Assembly (NCBI GenBank): GCA_965661345.1
Contig: CBFIDK010000004.1
Location: 7,503 to 71,502, forward strand
Reading direction: 5' to 3'
Origin: Flavobacteriales bacterium
Lineage (GTDB): Bacteria; Bacteroidota; Bacteroidia; Flavobacteriales; UBA7312
DNA: 64,000 nucleotides
In this document: piece by piece, positions 35,444 to 46,520 of the stretch
Layout of the letters: the number at the start of each line of letters is the position of its first letter
How positions within the stretch are numbered: position 1 is the stretch's first letter
Translations under genes and position numbers: made by a program
The notes under the pieces: generated by a model
What the model saw: only the letters and a program-made list of their open reading frames with translations
Told to the model about the DNA's origin: nothing
Databases searched by the model: none

Positions 35444-36487
35444 ATGGAAGAAAATATTGACGAAATTCGATTAAAAGATGTGATTCTTAAGATGGTTTAT
35501 TTTAAGAATTTATTAAAGAGCAAATTTATTTTCATCATTGGCTTTACATTTCTCTTTGGTTTTCTAGGAGTAATTTACTCAATCCTTAAAACCCAGTCAT
35601 ATACCGCAGAATTAACCTTTGTAGTGGATGAAAGTCAAGAGTCATCATCAAGTTTAGGTGCTGTCTCAGGAATAGCGAGTCAGTTTGGGTTAAATCTAGG
35701 TGGTTCTTCTAATGGTACGTTTAGTCAGGCTAATATTCAAGAATTGTTAATCTCTAAAAGAGTAGTGCATCAAGCAATTCTACAAAATGGAACTATCAAC
35801 GACAAAGACGATTTACTTATCAATCATTTTCTGGATATCAATGATTACAGGCTGTCATGGCAAGACGAAATGGAAGACTTTAGTTTCCCGCCAAAAATTT
35901 CAGACTTTACGTTCCAGCATGATAGTATAATTAATATTGTTTATACTGATTTGGTAAACAATAGCATTTCCACAATTCTTGAAGATGAGAGTAATATTTT
36001 TAAAATCAGTTGCACTTCATCCGACGAGAAATTTGCCAAGTTATTAACTGAGTCTTTAGCACAAAAGCTCGAAGAGTATTATACCAAATTTCAAACCGCT
36101 AAATCAGAAAGTACTTTATCACTGTTGTCGTTTAGAGCAGATTCAGTATTAAACGAGCTAAAAACTGCAGAGTATAGATACGCTTCACATAAAGATTCTA
36201 ATTTTGGTGTGCAACGTGCAAAGGGTTTGCTAGATGAAATAAGGCTTAAACGTGATGTTCAGATTTTGAACATTATGTATGGAGAGATTGTAAAAAATTT
36301 AGAACTTTCTAAGTTTACATTGATAAATAATAAACCACTTCTAAATATTATAGATACGCCAAGATTACCGCTTATTGGAAATAAAATTTCTACAGTAAAA
36401 GCGTTTATTCTTTTTTCTATTTTAGGTGTATTTATTGTATGTTTTTTCTTGATTTTCAGACAAGTAATAACAGATGAACTAAAGTAA
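35444..36487 (+). CDS. Chain-length-determinant (Wzz-like) membrane protein
   Basis: 347 aa. TM near both termini with a coiled central region. Directly follows the export gene. Confidence 0.6.
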   Translation: MEENIDEIRLKDVILKMVYFKNLLKSKFIFIIGFTFLFGFLGVIYSILKTQSYTAELTFVVDESQESSSSLGAVSGIASQFGLNLGGSSNGTFSQANIQELLISKRVVHQAILQNGTINDKDDLLINHFLDINDYRLSWQDEMEDFSFPPKISDFTFQHDSIINIVYTDLVNNSISTILEDESNIFKISCTSSDEKFAKLLTESLAQKLEEYYTKFQTAKSESTLSLLSFRADSVLNELKTAEYRYASHKDSNFGVQRAKGLLDEIRLKRDVQILNIMYGEIVKNLELSKFTLINNKPLLNIIDTPRLPLIGNKISTVKAFILFSILGVFIVCFFLIFRQVITDELK

Positions 36488-37729
36488 ATCTTTGAGTTCC
36501 TCTAATTTTATTCCCCTTGACCCTTTTAGTAAAATAAAATAGTCCTTGAAGGATTTTTCTTTAATCCACTTTTGAGCTTCATAAACATCTGTAAAATGAG
36601 GGAATGAGTGAGAACATTTTCCGAATTCTGTTCCAATAAGTATAGCCTCTGATTGCGTTTCACTCAACTCATCAATAATTTTTTGATGCTCATGTATCGA
36701 AACCTCACCAAGTTCAAGCATATCGCCTAAAATAAAGAGTTTTTTAGCACTTTTTATAGAGTAGAAAGATTCGATTGCCTTGATCATACTTGTGGGGTTG
36801 GCATTATAATAGTCGATGATTAATGAATTGCCTTTAATTGTACTTTCAAGCTGTGAACGATTGTTTTGTGGGGTATAGTTTTCGATTGCAGATTTTATAT
36901 CTTCAAAAGAAACATCAAAATACAGACCTATGGAAATTGCCGCTTGTATATTTGTGCAATTATAGCTACCTATTAATTTTGAGGTTATAATTATATCAAA
37001 GCATTTTACAGATGCAAATGGACTGCCATCGTTATGTTCATCCGTCAAATATTCAACTTTATTAATAGTAGTTGAGATACTCTGAAGCAGCTTATCTTCT
37101 TTATTTATAAATAGTGTTCCTGAGTGTTTTTTTATGTAGTCATACAGTTCTTTCTTTGTTTTGGTAACACCTTCAACGCTTCCAAAACCTTCAAGATGTG
37201 CCTTTCCTATATTGGTAATAATACCGTAGTTAACATCAGCGATTTCTGAAAGCAGTTTTATTTCGTTTTGATGATTTGCACCCATTTCAACGATCAAAAA
37301 TTCTGTCTTTAAATCGGCACTCAGTACTGTTAATGGTACTCCTATATGGTTGTTTAGGTTTCCTTGTGTACACACTACATCGTATTTTTGCGCTAGCACT
37401 GCATTTATGAGTTCCTTTGTAGTGGTTTTTCCATTTGTTCCTGTTATTCCTAAAACAGGACAGTTTAAATGGCTACGGTGAAAGCTTGCTAACTGGTGAA
37501 GGCAATGTAATACGTTTTCAACAAGAATATAGTCAGAGTTAATAGCATATTGTTCTTCGTCTATCACCGCTAACTTTGCGCCTTTAGAAATAGCGTCTTT
37601 GGCAAATTCATTACCATTAAAATTAGCACCTTTTAATGCGAAAAAAATAGAATCAGCAGATATATTTCTAGTATCAGTTGATATTCCTGAAGAGTTTAAA
37701 AATAGCTGATGAAGTTTATTTAATTCCAT
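36479..37729 (-). CDS. murF: UDP-N-acetylmuramoyl-tripeptide--D-alanyl-D-alanine ligase
   Basis: GITGTNGKTTTKEL P-loop. MELNKLHQLF start at 37729 (the track TTG start at 37747 lies inside a terminator hairpin). Confidence 0.85.
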   Translation of the reverse strand: MELNKLHQLFLNSSGISTDTRNISADSIFFALKGANFNGNEFAKDAISKGAKLAVIDEEQYAINSDYILVENVLHCLHQLASFHRSHLNCPVLGITGTNGKTTTKELINAVLAQKYDVVCTQGNLNNHIGVPLTVLSADLKTEFLIVEMGANHQNEIKLLSEIADVNYGIITNIGKAHLEGFGSVEGVTKTKKELYDYIKKHSGTLFINKEDKLLQSISTTINKVEYLTDEHNDGSPFASVKCFDIIITSKLIGSYNCTNIQAAISIGLYFDVSFEDIKSAIENYTPQNNRSQLESTIKGNSLIIDYYNANPTSMIKAIESFYSIKSAKKLFILGDMLELGEVSIHEHQKIIDELSETQSEAILIGTEFGKCSHSFPHFTDVYEAQKWIKEKSFKDYFILLKGSRGIKLEELKDLL

Positions 37730-37734
37730 TTCAT

Positions 37735-37768
37735 AAAAAAACCCCAATAAAAAATTGGGGTTTAATTG
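37735..37768 (-). terminator. Rho-independent terminator after gldJ
   Basis: Minus strand: ACCCCAAT-TTTT-ATTGGGGT followed by TTTTTTT. Confidence 0.6.
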
Positions 37769-37780
37769 ATTTAAAAAATA

Positions 37781-39355
37781 TTATTGTCTGTCGTAATAAC
37801 CGTTAGCTTTGTTCCAGTCTACGGGTCTACGTTGGTTTTCTTTTAGATTACTTGTAGGTGGGCCTAATCTATCCATAGCACATCTGAACCCAATGTAATT
37901 GGTGGATTGCTTTTGATCTAAAAATCTTCTAGTACCAGGAATCATCCAGTATGCTCTGTCCTTAAATGAACCTCCCTTATAAACTCTAGTTTGGTCAGAT
38001 ATTAGAGACGTTTGGTTGAGTTCGTAAACTTGATTAGTTGTGTTGTCTTCAGAGTCTTCTAACCAATCTTGTGCAGGAGAATTAACTTTAGAATCATAGT
38101 CACCATCTAAATAGTTGATGTTGTCTGATTTACTATAGTTTCTTCTATTGATATTTTCCTCAACAGTCTCTGCTCTTTTAATAATATTACCAAGACTATC
38201 TTTTTCAACGATGAATCGGTCTTCGTCTCTTTCCCATGTTTCAAAGACATTACCTCTGAATGGATTCATATCAGTAGTATTAGGATCTACTAATGGACGG
38301 TAGATGTCCATAACCCATTCTGATACGTTTCCAGCCATATTATATAGACCGTATTCGTTTGGCCAATAGCTTATTACAGGAGCAGTTTTATCTGCGTTGT
38401 CGTTAAGTTTTCCTGCAGTACCCATGTTATCACCACGTCCTCTTTTGAAGTTAGCAACAATTTCACCTTTGTTTCTTTTCGATGGGTTTCTTACGCCATC
38501 ACCATTCCAAGGATAGATTTTTCTTTCTCCAACATTTTCTTTTTCAGTGTTTCCGACTAAAGCTAGAGCTGCAAATTCCCACTCAGCTTCTGTTGGTAGT
38601 CTAAAGCTTGGCAATAAGACACCGTCAGTTTCTTGTACTCCTCTAACTGCATTTTTATCTCTACCAGCCTTTTTGTCATAGGCGTGAATACCAAGTTTTA
38701 AGTTAGGCAATTGTCTTCTAATTCGTCCTTCATACTGCCCCATCTTGTATGCGTCAGTATTGAATACGTTTTCATCTACTTGTTCCGGATCTTCCCATAG
38801 GTAACCGTTATCGATAAGAATTCTTTCGTTTACTCTGTCAGTTCTCCAAGCACAATAGTCCATAGCTTGTTCCCAATTTACACCAACCACAGGATAGTCG
38901 TTGAATGCAGGGTGTCTTAAATAGCTACGAACGTATGGTTCGTTATAAGATAGTTTATCTCTCCATACATTAGTATCAGGCAATGCTTTCCAGTATACCT
39001 CAGGATAAGAACCATTATCATAATTTGAACCGTAAACTCTTTCAATCCAGAACAAATATTCTAAATAGTCAATATTTCTTACCTCAGTTTCATCCATGTA
39101 AAATGAAGAAACAGTAACTGTTTTAGGGACATTGTTCCAATCGTATTGAACATCTTGTTCAACGCGACCCATTGTGAAAGATCCACCTTCAACAAATACC
39201 ATTCCAGAAGGAGTAATTTGCTCTGTGTAATTAGATGATACTTCAAATCCACCATGTTTTGGATCATTATAATTCCATCCAGTTGTTTTCGACTTTTCTT
39301 TGCTGCATCCGAAAAAGACTGCCAGAGAAAGAATAAGTAATAATTGATTTTTCAT
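37781..39355 (-). CDS. gldJ: Gliding-motility lipoprotein GldJ (SUMF1/FGE-fold)
   Basis: 524 aa. Lipobox LAVFFGCS then ...TTGWNYNDPKHGGFEV... Synteny with murF, as I recall for Flavobacterium. Confidence 0.8.
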   Translation of the reverse strand: MKNQLLLILSLAVFFGCSKEKSKTTGWNYNDPKHGGFEVSSNYTEQITPSGMVFVEGGSFTMGRVEQDVQYDWNNVPKTVTVSSFYMDETEVRNIDYLEYLFWIERVYGSNYDNGSYPEVYWKALPDTNVWRDKLSYNEPYVRSYLRHPAFNDYPVVGVNWEQAMDYCAWRTDRVNERILIDNGYLWEDPEQVDENVFNTDAYKMGQYEGRIRRQLPNLKLGIHAYDKKAGRDKNAVRGVQETDGVLLPSFRLPTEAEWEFAALALVGNTEKENVGERKIYPWNGDGVRNPSKRNKGEIVANFKRGRGDNMGTAGKLNDNADKTAPVISYWPNEYGLYNMAGNVSEWVMDIYRPLVDPNTTDMNPFRGNVFETWERDEDRFIVEKDSLGNIIKRAETVEENINRRNYSKSDNINYLDGDYDSKVNSPAQDWLEDSEDNTTNQVYELNQTSLISDQTRVYKGGSFKDRAYWMIPGTRRFLDQKQSTNYIGFRCAMDRLGPPTSNLKENQRRPVDWNKANGYYDRQ

Positions 39356-39385
39356 AATTTAAATGGTTTTCTGAATCTTTAATAA

Positions 39386-40408
39386 CTAGAAATTAGGGCA
39401 ATTTATTGTTTCAAACGCTTTGCCTTTAAATCGACAAGGCAGTTTGTAAGCAATTGATATTTCGTGCGCTCCTTGAGTATTACTGTTGTTAAGGTCTGAA
39501 ATTGTAACGTCATAGCTGTATCCAAATTTCCAAGAGCTTTGTTCTATTCCTAGTAGTATGATGAATGCATCAAAATTTTCAGCACTTTGTCTCAACCAAA
39601 GTCCTCCAACTATAGGACCTTTGATAACGTACATACCATAGTTTAACTGCATAAAGTCTTGTTGTTTCTGGAATAATATGTTTGGAGATAGAAGAGCAGC
39701 ATTTTTTGGTCTTGTACCAGAGTTAGTTCTATAAGTTCCAAATCTATTGAGTGGAAACGTTGCTCCTATATTACCAGTTATTTTCATAGGTAAACGGCTT
39801 TCACCAATAAACCCTTGATCTGGACGTGTGATGTGATGGGCAGCAAATCCAAAATAATAGTCGAACTGATTGTTGGCATTACCAAAACCCATGAATCCAG
39901 CGGCAAAATCTGTAAAGCCGTTGTTGTCAGCATAATTAACGATGTCCTCGTTGGTAGGATAGATGAAACCTTGAACTGGGTCAATCATATCGCCAAATGT
40001 TAAGCTACCCCAGTCAATTCCTAATTGTCTGTAGGCCGCTTCAAAACCAGCGTTAATATTTAATTTTTTATTTACCTGAAGTCTGTAAGCGTAACTCGCA
40101 CTGATGTGTGTAGTATTAAGGTTGCCTGCACCTGCGTAATCTTTAGCTACTGCGAATCCTAAACCACCTCCTAGCTTATCTATATATTGGTCATATGAAG
40201 CACTGTAAGTAACATATGTTTTTCCAATACCTGGCCACTGATTTCTATGGTTAAAAATTACTCTTGGACAAATATTAGTTCCTGCCATTGCAGGATTAAG
40301 GTATAGTGGGTTTGCAAAGAATTGACTAAAAGCAGGGTCTTGCGCTTTTGCATCGTTGTAGATACCTGCTAAAAGAGAGAAGCTCAACAAAAATATTATT
40401 TTCTTCAT
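39386..40408 (-). CDS. Type IX secretion system membrane protein, PorP/SprF family
   Basis: MKKIIFLLSFSLLAG...AQDPAFSQFFANPLYLNPAMAG family signature. Start moved to 40408. Confidence 0.8.
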   Translation of the reverse strand: MKKIIFLLSFSLLAGIYNDAKAQDPAFSQFFANPLYLNPAMAGTNICPRVIFNHRNQWPGIGKTYVTYSASYDQYIDKLGGGLGFAVAKDYAGAGNLNTTHISASYAYRLQVNKKLNINAGFEAAYRQLGIDWGSLTFGDMIDPVQGFIYPTNEDIVNYADNNGFTDFAAGFMGFGNANNQFDYYFGFAAHHITRPDQGFIGESRLPMKITGNIGATFPLNRFGTYRTNSGTRPKNAALLSPNILFQKQQDFMQLNYGMYVIKGPIVGGLWLRQSAENFDAFIILLGIEQSSWKFGYSYDVTISDLNNSNTQGAHEISIAYKLPCRFKGKAFETINCPNF

Positions 40409-40575
40409 TCGACTATATAAATAGTTACTAGCTAACAAAAATATAAAAATATTCTTATGAACTTTCATCCAACAGAATATTAAATAATAATATTTAACAA
40501 AATTACGTTTTAATGCATATCAAGTCGTGAGTGACATAATAAATTTAGTAGTAAATTTGAACTTCAATAGGCAGT

Positions 40576-43500
40576 ATGAGACCACTATATTTTTTCGTTT
40601 TATTTTTTAGTTCAATTTCTCTTTTTAGTCAGGATTCAAAATACTTTTTTCTAGATTGGAGCTATGCGGATAGTGTGCCTGTTGTAAACAATTCTAGCTC
40701 TTATTTTTTAGACTTTGACCAAACCTTTGATGACCATTCAAAGCACTTTATTTTAGAGGTAAAAGAGCCATTATTTGTTGACTGCAATGAGTTGGAAACA
40801 AATTTTTTAAAAAATCTCGATGTAACTTCTACTGTTAAATTAACTCACAATTTTGGCATTGAACGGAAAAAATTAAGAATTAAAGGTTCGATTTTCCCTT
40901 TTATTTTGGAGGACGGAACGTATAAGAAAATGGTTTTTTGTGAGCTTTCTACAACCTTTGACAACAGTACTCCACAAGCTAGAAGTTCACTAGCATCTGC
41001 TGAAAATTCGGTTTTATCCTCTGGAAATTGGTATAAAATATCAGTTGCTGAGAGTGGAATATACAGATTGAGTTATCAAAACCTTGTCGATTTAGGCATA
41101 AATGTTGCGGGAATCAACCCAGCCGATATTAGATTATATGGAAGGCCAGGAGGTATGCTGCCTACATCTAACTCCGAGCCACGAATAGATGACTTAGAGG
41201 AATTGTCTATTCAAGTATTTGGTCAAACTGATGGTTCATTTGATGAAAATGATTTCATCATATTTTATGGCCAATCTCCTCACAAATGGCAAGAAAGTTC
41301 TGGAAAATTTAGTCGTCAAATGCACTTGTTTGAAGAAGAAACGTATTATTTTCTCACAACTGACTTTGGTATCGGAAAACGTATAGCACCACAAAACTCT
41401 GAATCAACTTCAGATGTTACGATTATTTCATTTAACGATTATAAAATCCACGAAAATGATGAAGTAAACTTTGTGAAATCTGGTAAAAACTGGTATGGCG
41501 ATGTATTTGATATTGTAAATTCTAGAACCTATAATTTCAATTTCCCTAATAGAATAGGAACTTCAAATCTAAAATTAGTATTAGCAGCCCGAGCCAAGTC
41601 GCCGTATAGTTCAACGTTTACGGTTAATTCTTCAGGAATGAATGAAGAAATATCCTCTGTTTCAGGAGTTTATGGGAGCTATAATTATGCTAACACTAAA
41701 ACGATAGAAAAAGAACTTAATCCAAATACTGATAATATTCAAGTTCAGCTAGACTTTTCATCTACCTCAAGTACTGGTAAAGGATGGATTGATTATATAG
41801 AAGTTAATGCCGAAAGAGAGTTAAAAATGAACGGAAATCAAATGCTTTTCCGATCATTGTCTTCTGTTCATCCGGAATATATTAGCCAATTTGAAATAAG
41901 CAATGCTAATTCAGATTTAGTGGTTTGGGACGTTACGTATCCTTTAAATCCAAAAAGCCAAAACCGTAATATTCAAGGAACGAAAGCAACCTTTTCATTG
42001 AAAACGGACACCCTAAAAGAATTTATAGCATTCAACGGAGGGTACAAAAATGTTAAGCTAATAGGGGAGGTCGCCAATCAAAATTTACATGCTTTACAAG
42101 ATATAGATTACCTAATTGTTAGCCACCCAATTTTTTTATCGGAAGCTAATCGATTAGCTAACTTTCATAAATCTAAAGGGTTGGCAGTAGAAGTCGTTAC
42201 TCCTCAACAAATTTACAATGAATTTTCTGCAGGAAGTCAAGATGTATCTGCAATAAGAGATTTTGCAAAAATGCTTTACAACAATGAAAACCCTCTCAAG
42301 TATATGCTGCTATTTGGAGATGCTTCATTTGATCCTAAAAATAGAGAAATTCAAAATACCAATTTTATAGTATCGTATCAATCTTCTAACTCTACCAATT
42401 CTCTATATTCTTATGTGAGCGATGACTTTTTTGCAATTTTAGATGAGGGAGAGAGTATAGATGACGATAACCCTCAACTACCTTTTCTAGATATCGGTGT
42501 TGGAAGATTTCCTGTTCAGACCATAGAACAAGCCCAAAATTCTGTAAACAAAGTAATCAATTACAATACCGAACAATCTTTTGGAGACTGGCGATTGAGG
42601 TTGTGTTTTGTTGGCGATGATAACGATGAAATTGAGACAGTACACACTGGACAAGCCGAACAATTAGCAGATTACATCGCGCTCGAGCATCCAAATATGA
42701 ATGTCGATAAAATTTACTTAGACGCTTACGAGCAAGAAACTTCAACTGGAGGGCAAAGGTGTCCGACTGCTAACACAGCCATTTCAAATGCAGTAAATCA
42801 GGGTATGTTTTTGATAAATTATACTGGACACGGCGGAGAATTAGGTTGGGCGCATGAGCGAATATTAGGTATTGAAGATATATATTCTTGGAATAATGAA
42901 AATAACCTACCATTGTTCATGACGGCCACTTGTGAGTTTGGTAGATACGATGATCCCGAACGCATTTCTGCTGCTGAGCATGCTTTCTTAAAAGAGAAAG
43001 GTGGTGCTATTGCTTTGTTAACGACCTCAAGAGTAGTGTTCACTAACTATAACTTAGACCTCAATGAATCATTTCTTGAGAGTTTATTTCCTCAAAATGG
43101 TGAAGATATGCCTAGGCTAGGCGACGTTTTGATGAGAACAAAAAACAATGTCAATGATATCGAAGATTCAAACCATAGAAATTTCACTCTATTAGGAGAC
43201 CCTGCCTTAACGCTTGCCTATCCAGTTTATGACGTGGTATTGACGGAAGTTTTAGATAGTGCAAAAGCATTAGGCCAAGTAACGGTGTCTGGAGAAGTGC
43301 AGCGAAATGGTGAAAAGGTGGAAGAATTTGAAGGTTTTGTTTTTCCAACAGTTTTTGATAAACGAACAGATTTTCAAACCCTTGGTCAGGACGAATCTCC
43401 GGTGCTAGTTTTTGACCTACAAAAAAATAAATTGTTTAATGGTAAATCTACCGTTGCAAATGGAGAGTTCTCTTTTACATTCATTGTTCCTAAGGACATA

Positions 43501-44289
43501 AATTACGACTTTGGTAAGGGTAAAATTAGTTTGTACGCCAAAGGAGTTGTAAATGGAGAGAAAATTGACGCTTCTGGATTTAGTAATGAAATAATAATTG
43601 GGGGAACTGCTGATGATTATTCAGTTGATAATTTAGGGCCTGAAATACAGTTATTCATTAACGATACAAATTTTGTGAGAGGCGGAATAACCAATAATAA
43701 CCCAAATTTATTCGCCTTACTTTATGATGAAAACGGCATTAATACAGTTGGAAACGGAATAGGACACGATATGACTGCCGTATTAAACCAAGAATCTTCT
43801 AATCCAATAGTACTTAACGATTTTTACGAATACGATATTGATAGTTATCAAAGTGGAGTTATAGAATATCCTTTTTCAAATTTAGAAGAAGGAACACACA
43901 CACTGACGGTTAAAGTTTGGGATGTCTTCAATAATTCATCCGAAAGTACAACAGAATTTAAAGTGATATCGGCCCAGAATTTGACCATTCAAAACTTAAT
44001 TAATTATCCAAACCCAGTAGTTGATTTTACATCCTTTTATTTTGAACACAATCAGTCTGATTTAGACATGAAAGTCAATTTGGTAATAATGGATCTAACT
44101 GGTAAGGTTGTGAAAGTTATCGAAGATAATTTGAAGCCAGTAGGGTTTAGATACGGACCACTTGAATGGGATGGAAAATCAACAGAAGGTAATAAGTTAG
44201 ATAGTGGAATATATATTTATAATATTGTCGCAAAGGCTAGTGATGGCGAAGTTTCAACAAAGTCAGGACGACTAATACTAATAGACTAA
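40576..44289 (+). CDS. porU: Type IX secretion system C-terminal signal peptidase/sortase PorU (C25 peptidase-like)
   Basis: 1237 aa. Size, position upstream of porV, and its own C-terminal tail (LINYPNPVVDFTSFYF...). Confidence 0.8.
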   Translation: MRPLYFFVLFFSSISLFSQDSKYFFLDWSYADSVPVVNNSSSYFLDFDQTFDDHSKHFILEVKEPLFVDCNELETNFLKNLDVTSTVKLTHNFGIERKKLRIKGSIFPFILEDGTYKKMVFCELSTTFDNSTPQARSSLASAENSVLSSGNWYKISVAESGIYRLSYQNLVDLGINVAGINPADIRLYGRPGGMLPTSNSEPRIDDLEELSIQVFGQTDGSFDENDFIIFYGQSPHKWQESSGKFSRQMHLFEEETYYFLTTDFGIGKRIAPQNSESTSDVTIISFNDYKIHENDEVNFVKSGKNWYGDVFDIVNSRTYNFNFPNRIGTSNLKLVLAARAKSPYSSTFTVNSSGMNEEISSVSGVYGSYNYANTKTIEKELNPNTDNIQVQLDFSSTSSTGKGWIDYIEVNAERELKMNGNQMLFRSLSSVHPEYISQFEISNANSDLVVWDVTYPLNPKSQNRNIQGTKATFSLKTDTLKEFIAFNGGYKNVKLIGEVANQNLHALQDIDYLIVSHPIFLSEANRLANFHKSKGLAVEVVTPQQIYNEFSAGSQDVSAIRDFAKMLYNNENPLKYMLLFGDASFDPKNREIQNTNFIVSYQSSNSTNSLYSYVSDDFFAILDEGESIDDDNPQLPFLDIGVGRFPVQTIEQAQNSVNKVINYNTEQSFGDWRLRLCFVGDDNDEIETVHTGQAEQLADYIALEHPNMNVDKIYLDAYEQETSTGGQRCPTANTAISNAVNQGMFLINYTGHGGELGWAHERILGIEDIYSWNNENNLPLFMTATCEFGRYDDPERISAAEHAFLKEKGGAIALLTTSRVVFTNYNLDLNESFLESLFPQNGEDMPRLGDVLMRTKNNVNDIEDSNHRNFTLLGDPALTLAYPVYDVVLTEVLDSAKALGQVTVSGEVQRNGEKVEEFEGFVFPTVFDKRTDFQTLGQDESPVLVFDLQKNKLFNGKSTVANGEFSFTFIVPKDINYDFGKGKISLYAKGVVNGEKIDASGFSNEIIIGGTADDYSVDNLGPEIQLFINDTNFVRGGITNNNPNLFALLYDENGINTVGNGIGHDMTAVLNQESSNPIVLNDFYEYDIDSYQSGVIEYPFSNLEEGTHTLTVKVWDVFNNSSESTTEFKVISAQNLTIQNLINYPNPVVDFTSFYFEHNQSDLDMKVNLVIMDLTGKVVKVIEDNLKPVGFRYGPLEWDGKSTEGNKLDSGIYIYNIVAKASDGEVSTKSGRLILID

Positions 44290-44346
44290 TATCTCCGTTA
44301 TTAAAGTTTATATTTTATATTTGTAACCAACTTTTTTTCATATTCA

Positions 44347-45540
44347 ATGAAACAACTTAAAATTATTTTAGCCATACTTCCTTTTGTGTTATGCAGCAAG
44401 TATTCTCTAGCTCAGCAGAATATTAATATTGATAATAAGTTCAGACTTAACACTATAACCACTGCAGTACCTTTCTTAATAATAAGTCCAGACGCCAAAG
44501 CTGGAGGAATGGGAGATGTTGGTGTAGCATCAGCTCCAGACGCAATGTCAATGCACTGGAATCCAGCAAAATATGCCTTTGTAAAAGACGATATTGGTTT
44601 TTCAGTATGCTATACCCCTTGGTTAAAAGCTTTGGTACCAGATATCAATTTATCTTATTTGACGGCCTACAAAAGATTGAACGAAAACGAGGTGCTTGGC
44701 TTTTCAATGAGGTATTTTAGCTTAGGAGAGATAAACTTTACAGATAATAACAATAATCCATTAGGATCCTTTAATCCAAATGAGTTTTCATTAGACGGTG
44801 CTTACGCCTTAAAATTATCACCAAATTTTTCAACCGGTGTAGCACTTCGATATGTTTACTCAAACCTAACAGGTGGTCAGCAAGTAGGAACTTTAGCTAC
44901 TAAAGCAGCGCACACTGTTGCCGGAGACTTTTCAAGTTTTTATACCAAAGAAATTCGTTTAGCTAGTCAAGATATGATATGGTCAACGGGGATTAACATC
45001 TCAAATATTGGGGGCAAAGTTTCATATACTGAAACAATCGATAAAGATTTTATCCCAGCGAACTTAAGAATAGGTTCTTCTTTAAGCACTTCAATTGATG
45101 AATACAATGAAATTTCATTTGAATTTGATATAAATAAGTTACTAGTGCCAACACCGCCCATTTACAATGACGATAGCGAAATCATTAGTGGTTTAGACTC
45201 TGATGTATCAGTTATAAGTGGTATTATTCAATCTTTTTATGATGCTCCAGCTGGAGACCGTGAAGTTAGAGAACTTATCTACTCAATGGGAGCAGAATAT
45301 TGGTATGACAAGCAATTTGCTATACGTTCTGGTTTCTTTTACGAACATCCTTCAAAAGGAGATCGTCAATTTTTTACTCTAGGTGCAGGAGTTCGATATA
45401 ATGTGTTTGGACTAGATTTCTCATATTTAATACCTTTACAAAGTCGTGATGAGGTAAATGCGGTTAACCCATTATCTAATACATTACGATTTGCCTTAAC
45501 ATTTGATTTCAGTGCGCTTGATACTGAAGTAGACAACTAG
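44347..45540 (+). CDS. porV: Type IX secretion system outer-membrane shuttle protein PorV
   Basis: 397 aa. ...ITTAVPFLIISPDAKAGGMGDVGVASAPDA... signature. Confidence 0.85.
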   Translation: MKQLKIILAILPFVLCSKYSLAQQNINIDNKFRLNTITTAVPFLIISPDAKAGGMGDVGVASAPDAMSMHWNPAKYAFVKDDIGFSVCYTPWLKALVPDINLSYLTAYKRLNENEVLGFSMRYFSLGEINFTDNNNNPLGSFNPNEFSLDGAYALKLSPNFSTGVALRYVYSNLTGGQQVGTLATKAAHTVAGDFSSFYTKEIRLASQDMIWSTGINISNIGGKVSYTETIDKDFIPANLRIGSSLSTSIDEYNEISFEFDINKLLVPTPPIYNDDSEIISGLDSDVSVISGIIQSFYDAPAGDREVRELIYSMGAEYWYDKQFAIRSGFFYEHPSKGDRQFFTLGAGVRYNVFGLDFSYLIPLQSRDEVNAVNPLSNTLRFALTFDFSALDTEVDN

Positions 45541-45545
45541 AAGAT

Positions 45546-46025
45546 TTGAATATACGCATAGGATATGGATATGATGTTCACCAGTTAAGAGACGGTGAAG
45601 AATTTGTGCTAGGAGGAGTTACAGTACCACATTCAAAAGGAGCTGTAGGCCATTCGGATGCAGACGTTTTAATTCATACTTTTTGTGATGCTATTTTGGG
45701 CGCAGCCAATATGCGAGATATAGGCTTTCACTTTCCAGACACCTCTGAAGACTACAAAGGCATTGATAGTAAGATATTACTATCAGAGGTGATGAAGTTA
45801 GTAAGGGGAAAAGGGTTTGAACTTATAAATATTGATTCGACTGTTTGCCTTGAAAAACCAAAGGTTAACCCCCATATTCCAAAGATGCAAGAAGTCCTTG
45901 CCAATTGCATGTCAGTTGAGCCTAATCAAATCTCCATAAAAGCTACAACGTCAGAAAAGATGGGTTTTGTTGGAACAGAAAAGGGCATAGCAGCACATGC
46001 CGTAGCCTTATTAAAGATTGTTTAG
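45546..46025 (+). CDS. ispF: 2-C-methyl-D-erythritol 2,4-cyclodiphosphate synthase
   Basis: 159 aa. IRIGYGYDVH...GHSDADVLIH motifs. Confidence 0.9.
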   Translation: MNIRIGYGYDVHQLRDGEEFVLGGVTVPHSKGAVGHSDADVLIHTFCDAILGAANMRDIGFHFPDTSEDYKGIDSKILLSEVMKLVRGKGFELINIDSTVCLEKPKVNPHIPKMQEVLANCMSVEPNQISIKATTSEKMGFVGTEKGIAAHAVALLKIV

Positions 46026-46259
46026 GTAGATTTTCATTCCTTTCTTTAGTACATTTTTACCAAAGTTATCAAGAGTAATTTCGATGGTTTTATTAGTTAT
46101 TGATACTTCAATCACTGATGCATAGAAAAAGTGGTTATTATTTTCTGCCACACGAACATTGGTTCCGATGTCACTGATGCCATTGTTTTTTCCAATTACC
46201 TTAATAGCGCCACCACATACGGTGTAAAGACTTGATATTGTGCAGATTTCATTTTCCAT
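46011..46259 (-). CDS. Hypothetical protein
   Basis: 82-aa ORF only. Confidence 0.35.
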   Translation of the reverse strand: MENEICTISSLYTVCGGAIKVIGKNNGISDIGTNVRVAENNNHFFYASVIEVSITNKTIEITLDNFGKNVLKKGMKIYLNNL

Positions 46260-46265
46260 TGGTAT

Positions 46266-46300
46266 AAAAAAAGGCTCATTAATATATTCAATAGCCTTTT
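46266..46300. terminator. Bidirectional-looking terminator hairpin
   Basis: AAAGGCT...AGCCTTT stem flanked by an A-run and a T-run. Confidence 0.5.
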
Positions 46301-46302
46301 CG

Positions 46303-46365
46303 GAGCTAACTATTACGTCACCAAGTTTATTGGAAATGATAATATAAAGCGGAGTATTATTCTAT
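46303..46365. repeat. Hairpin repeat family 2, copy B (stem degraded)
   Basis: GAGCTAACTATTACGTCACCAAGTTTATTGGAAATGATAATATAAAGCGGAGTATTATTCTAT. Confidence 0.7.
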
Positions 46366-46386
46366 GGTATCTTGCATACCCGAGAA

Positions 46387-46518
46387 TTATTTAATTTCTT
46401 TATCATTAGCTTCGGCTTCCTCTTGTGATTTATGGCCCCAATTAATCATATAAAACAGACCAATTAAATAAATTGAGAAAATTATAAAGCCGACGATGAA
46501 CATTGATTTTGACAACAT
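46387..46518 (-). CDS. Possible 43-aa membrane peptide
   Basis: Own translation: MLSKSMFIVGFIIFSIYLIGLFYMINWGHKSQEEAEANDKEIK*. Directly downstream of the 65-aa membrane ORF. Confidence 0.35.
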   Translation of the reverse strand: MLSKSMFIVGFIIFSIYLIGLFYMINWGHKSQEEAEANDKEIK

Positions 46519-46520
46519 AA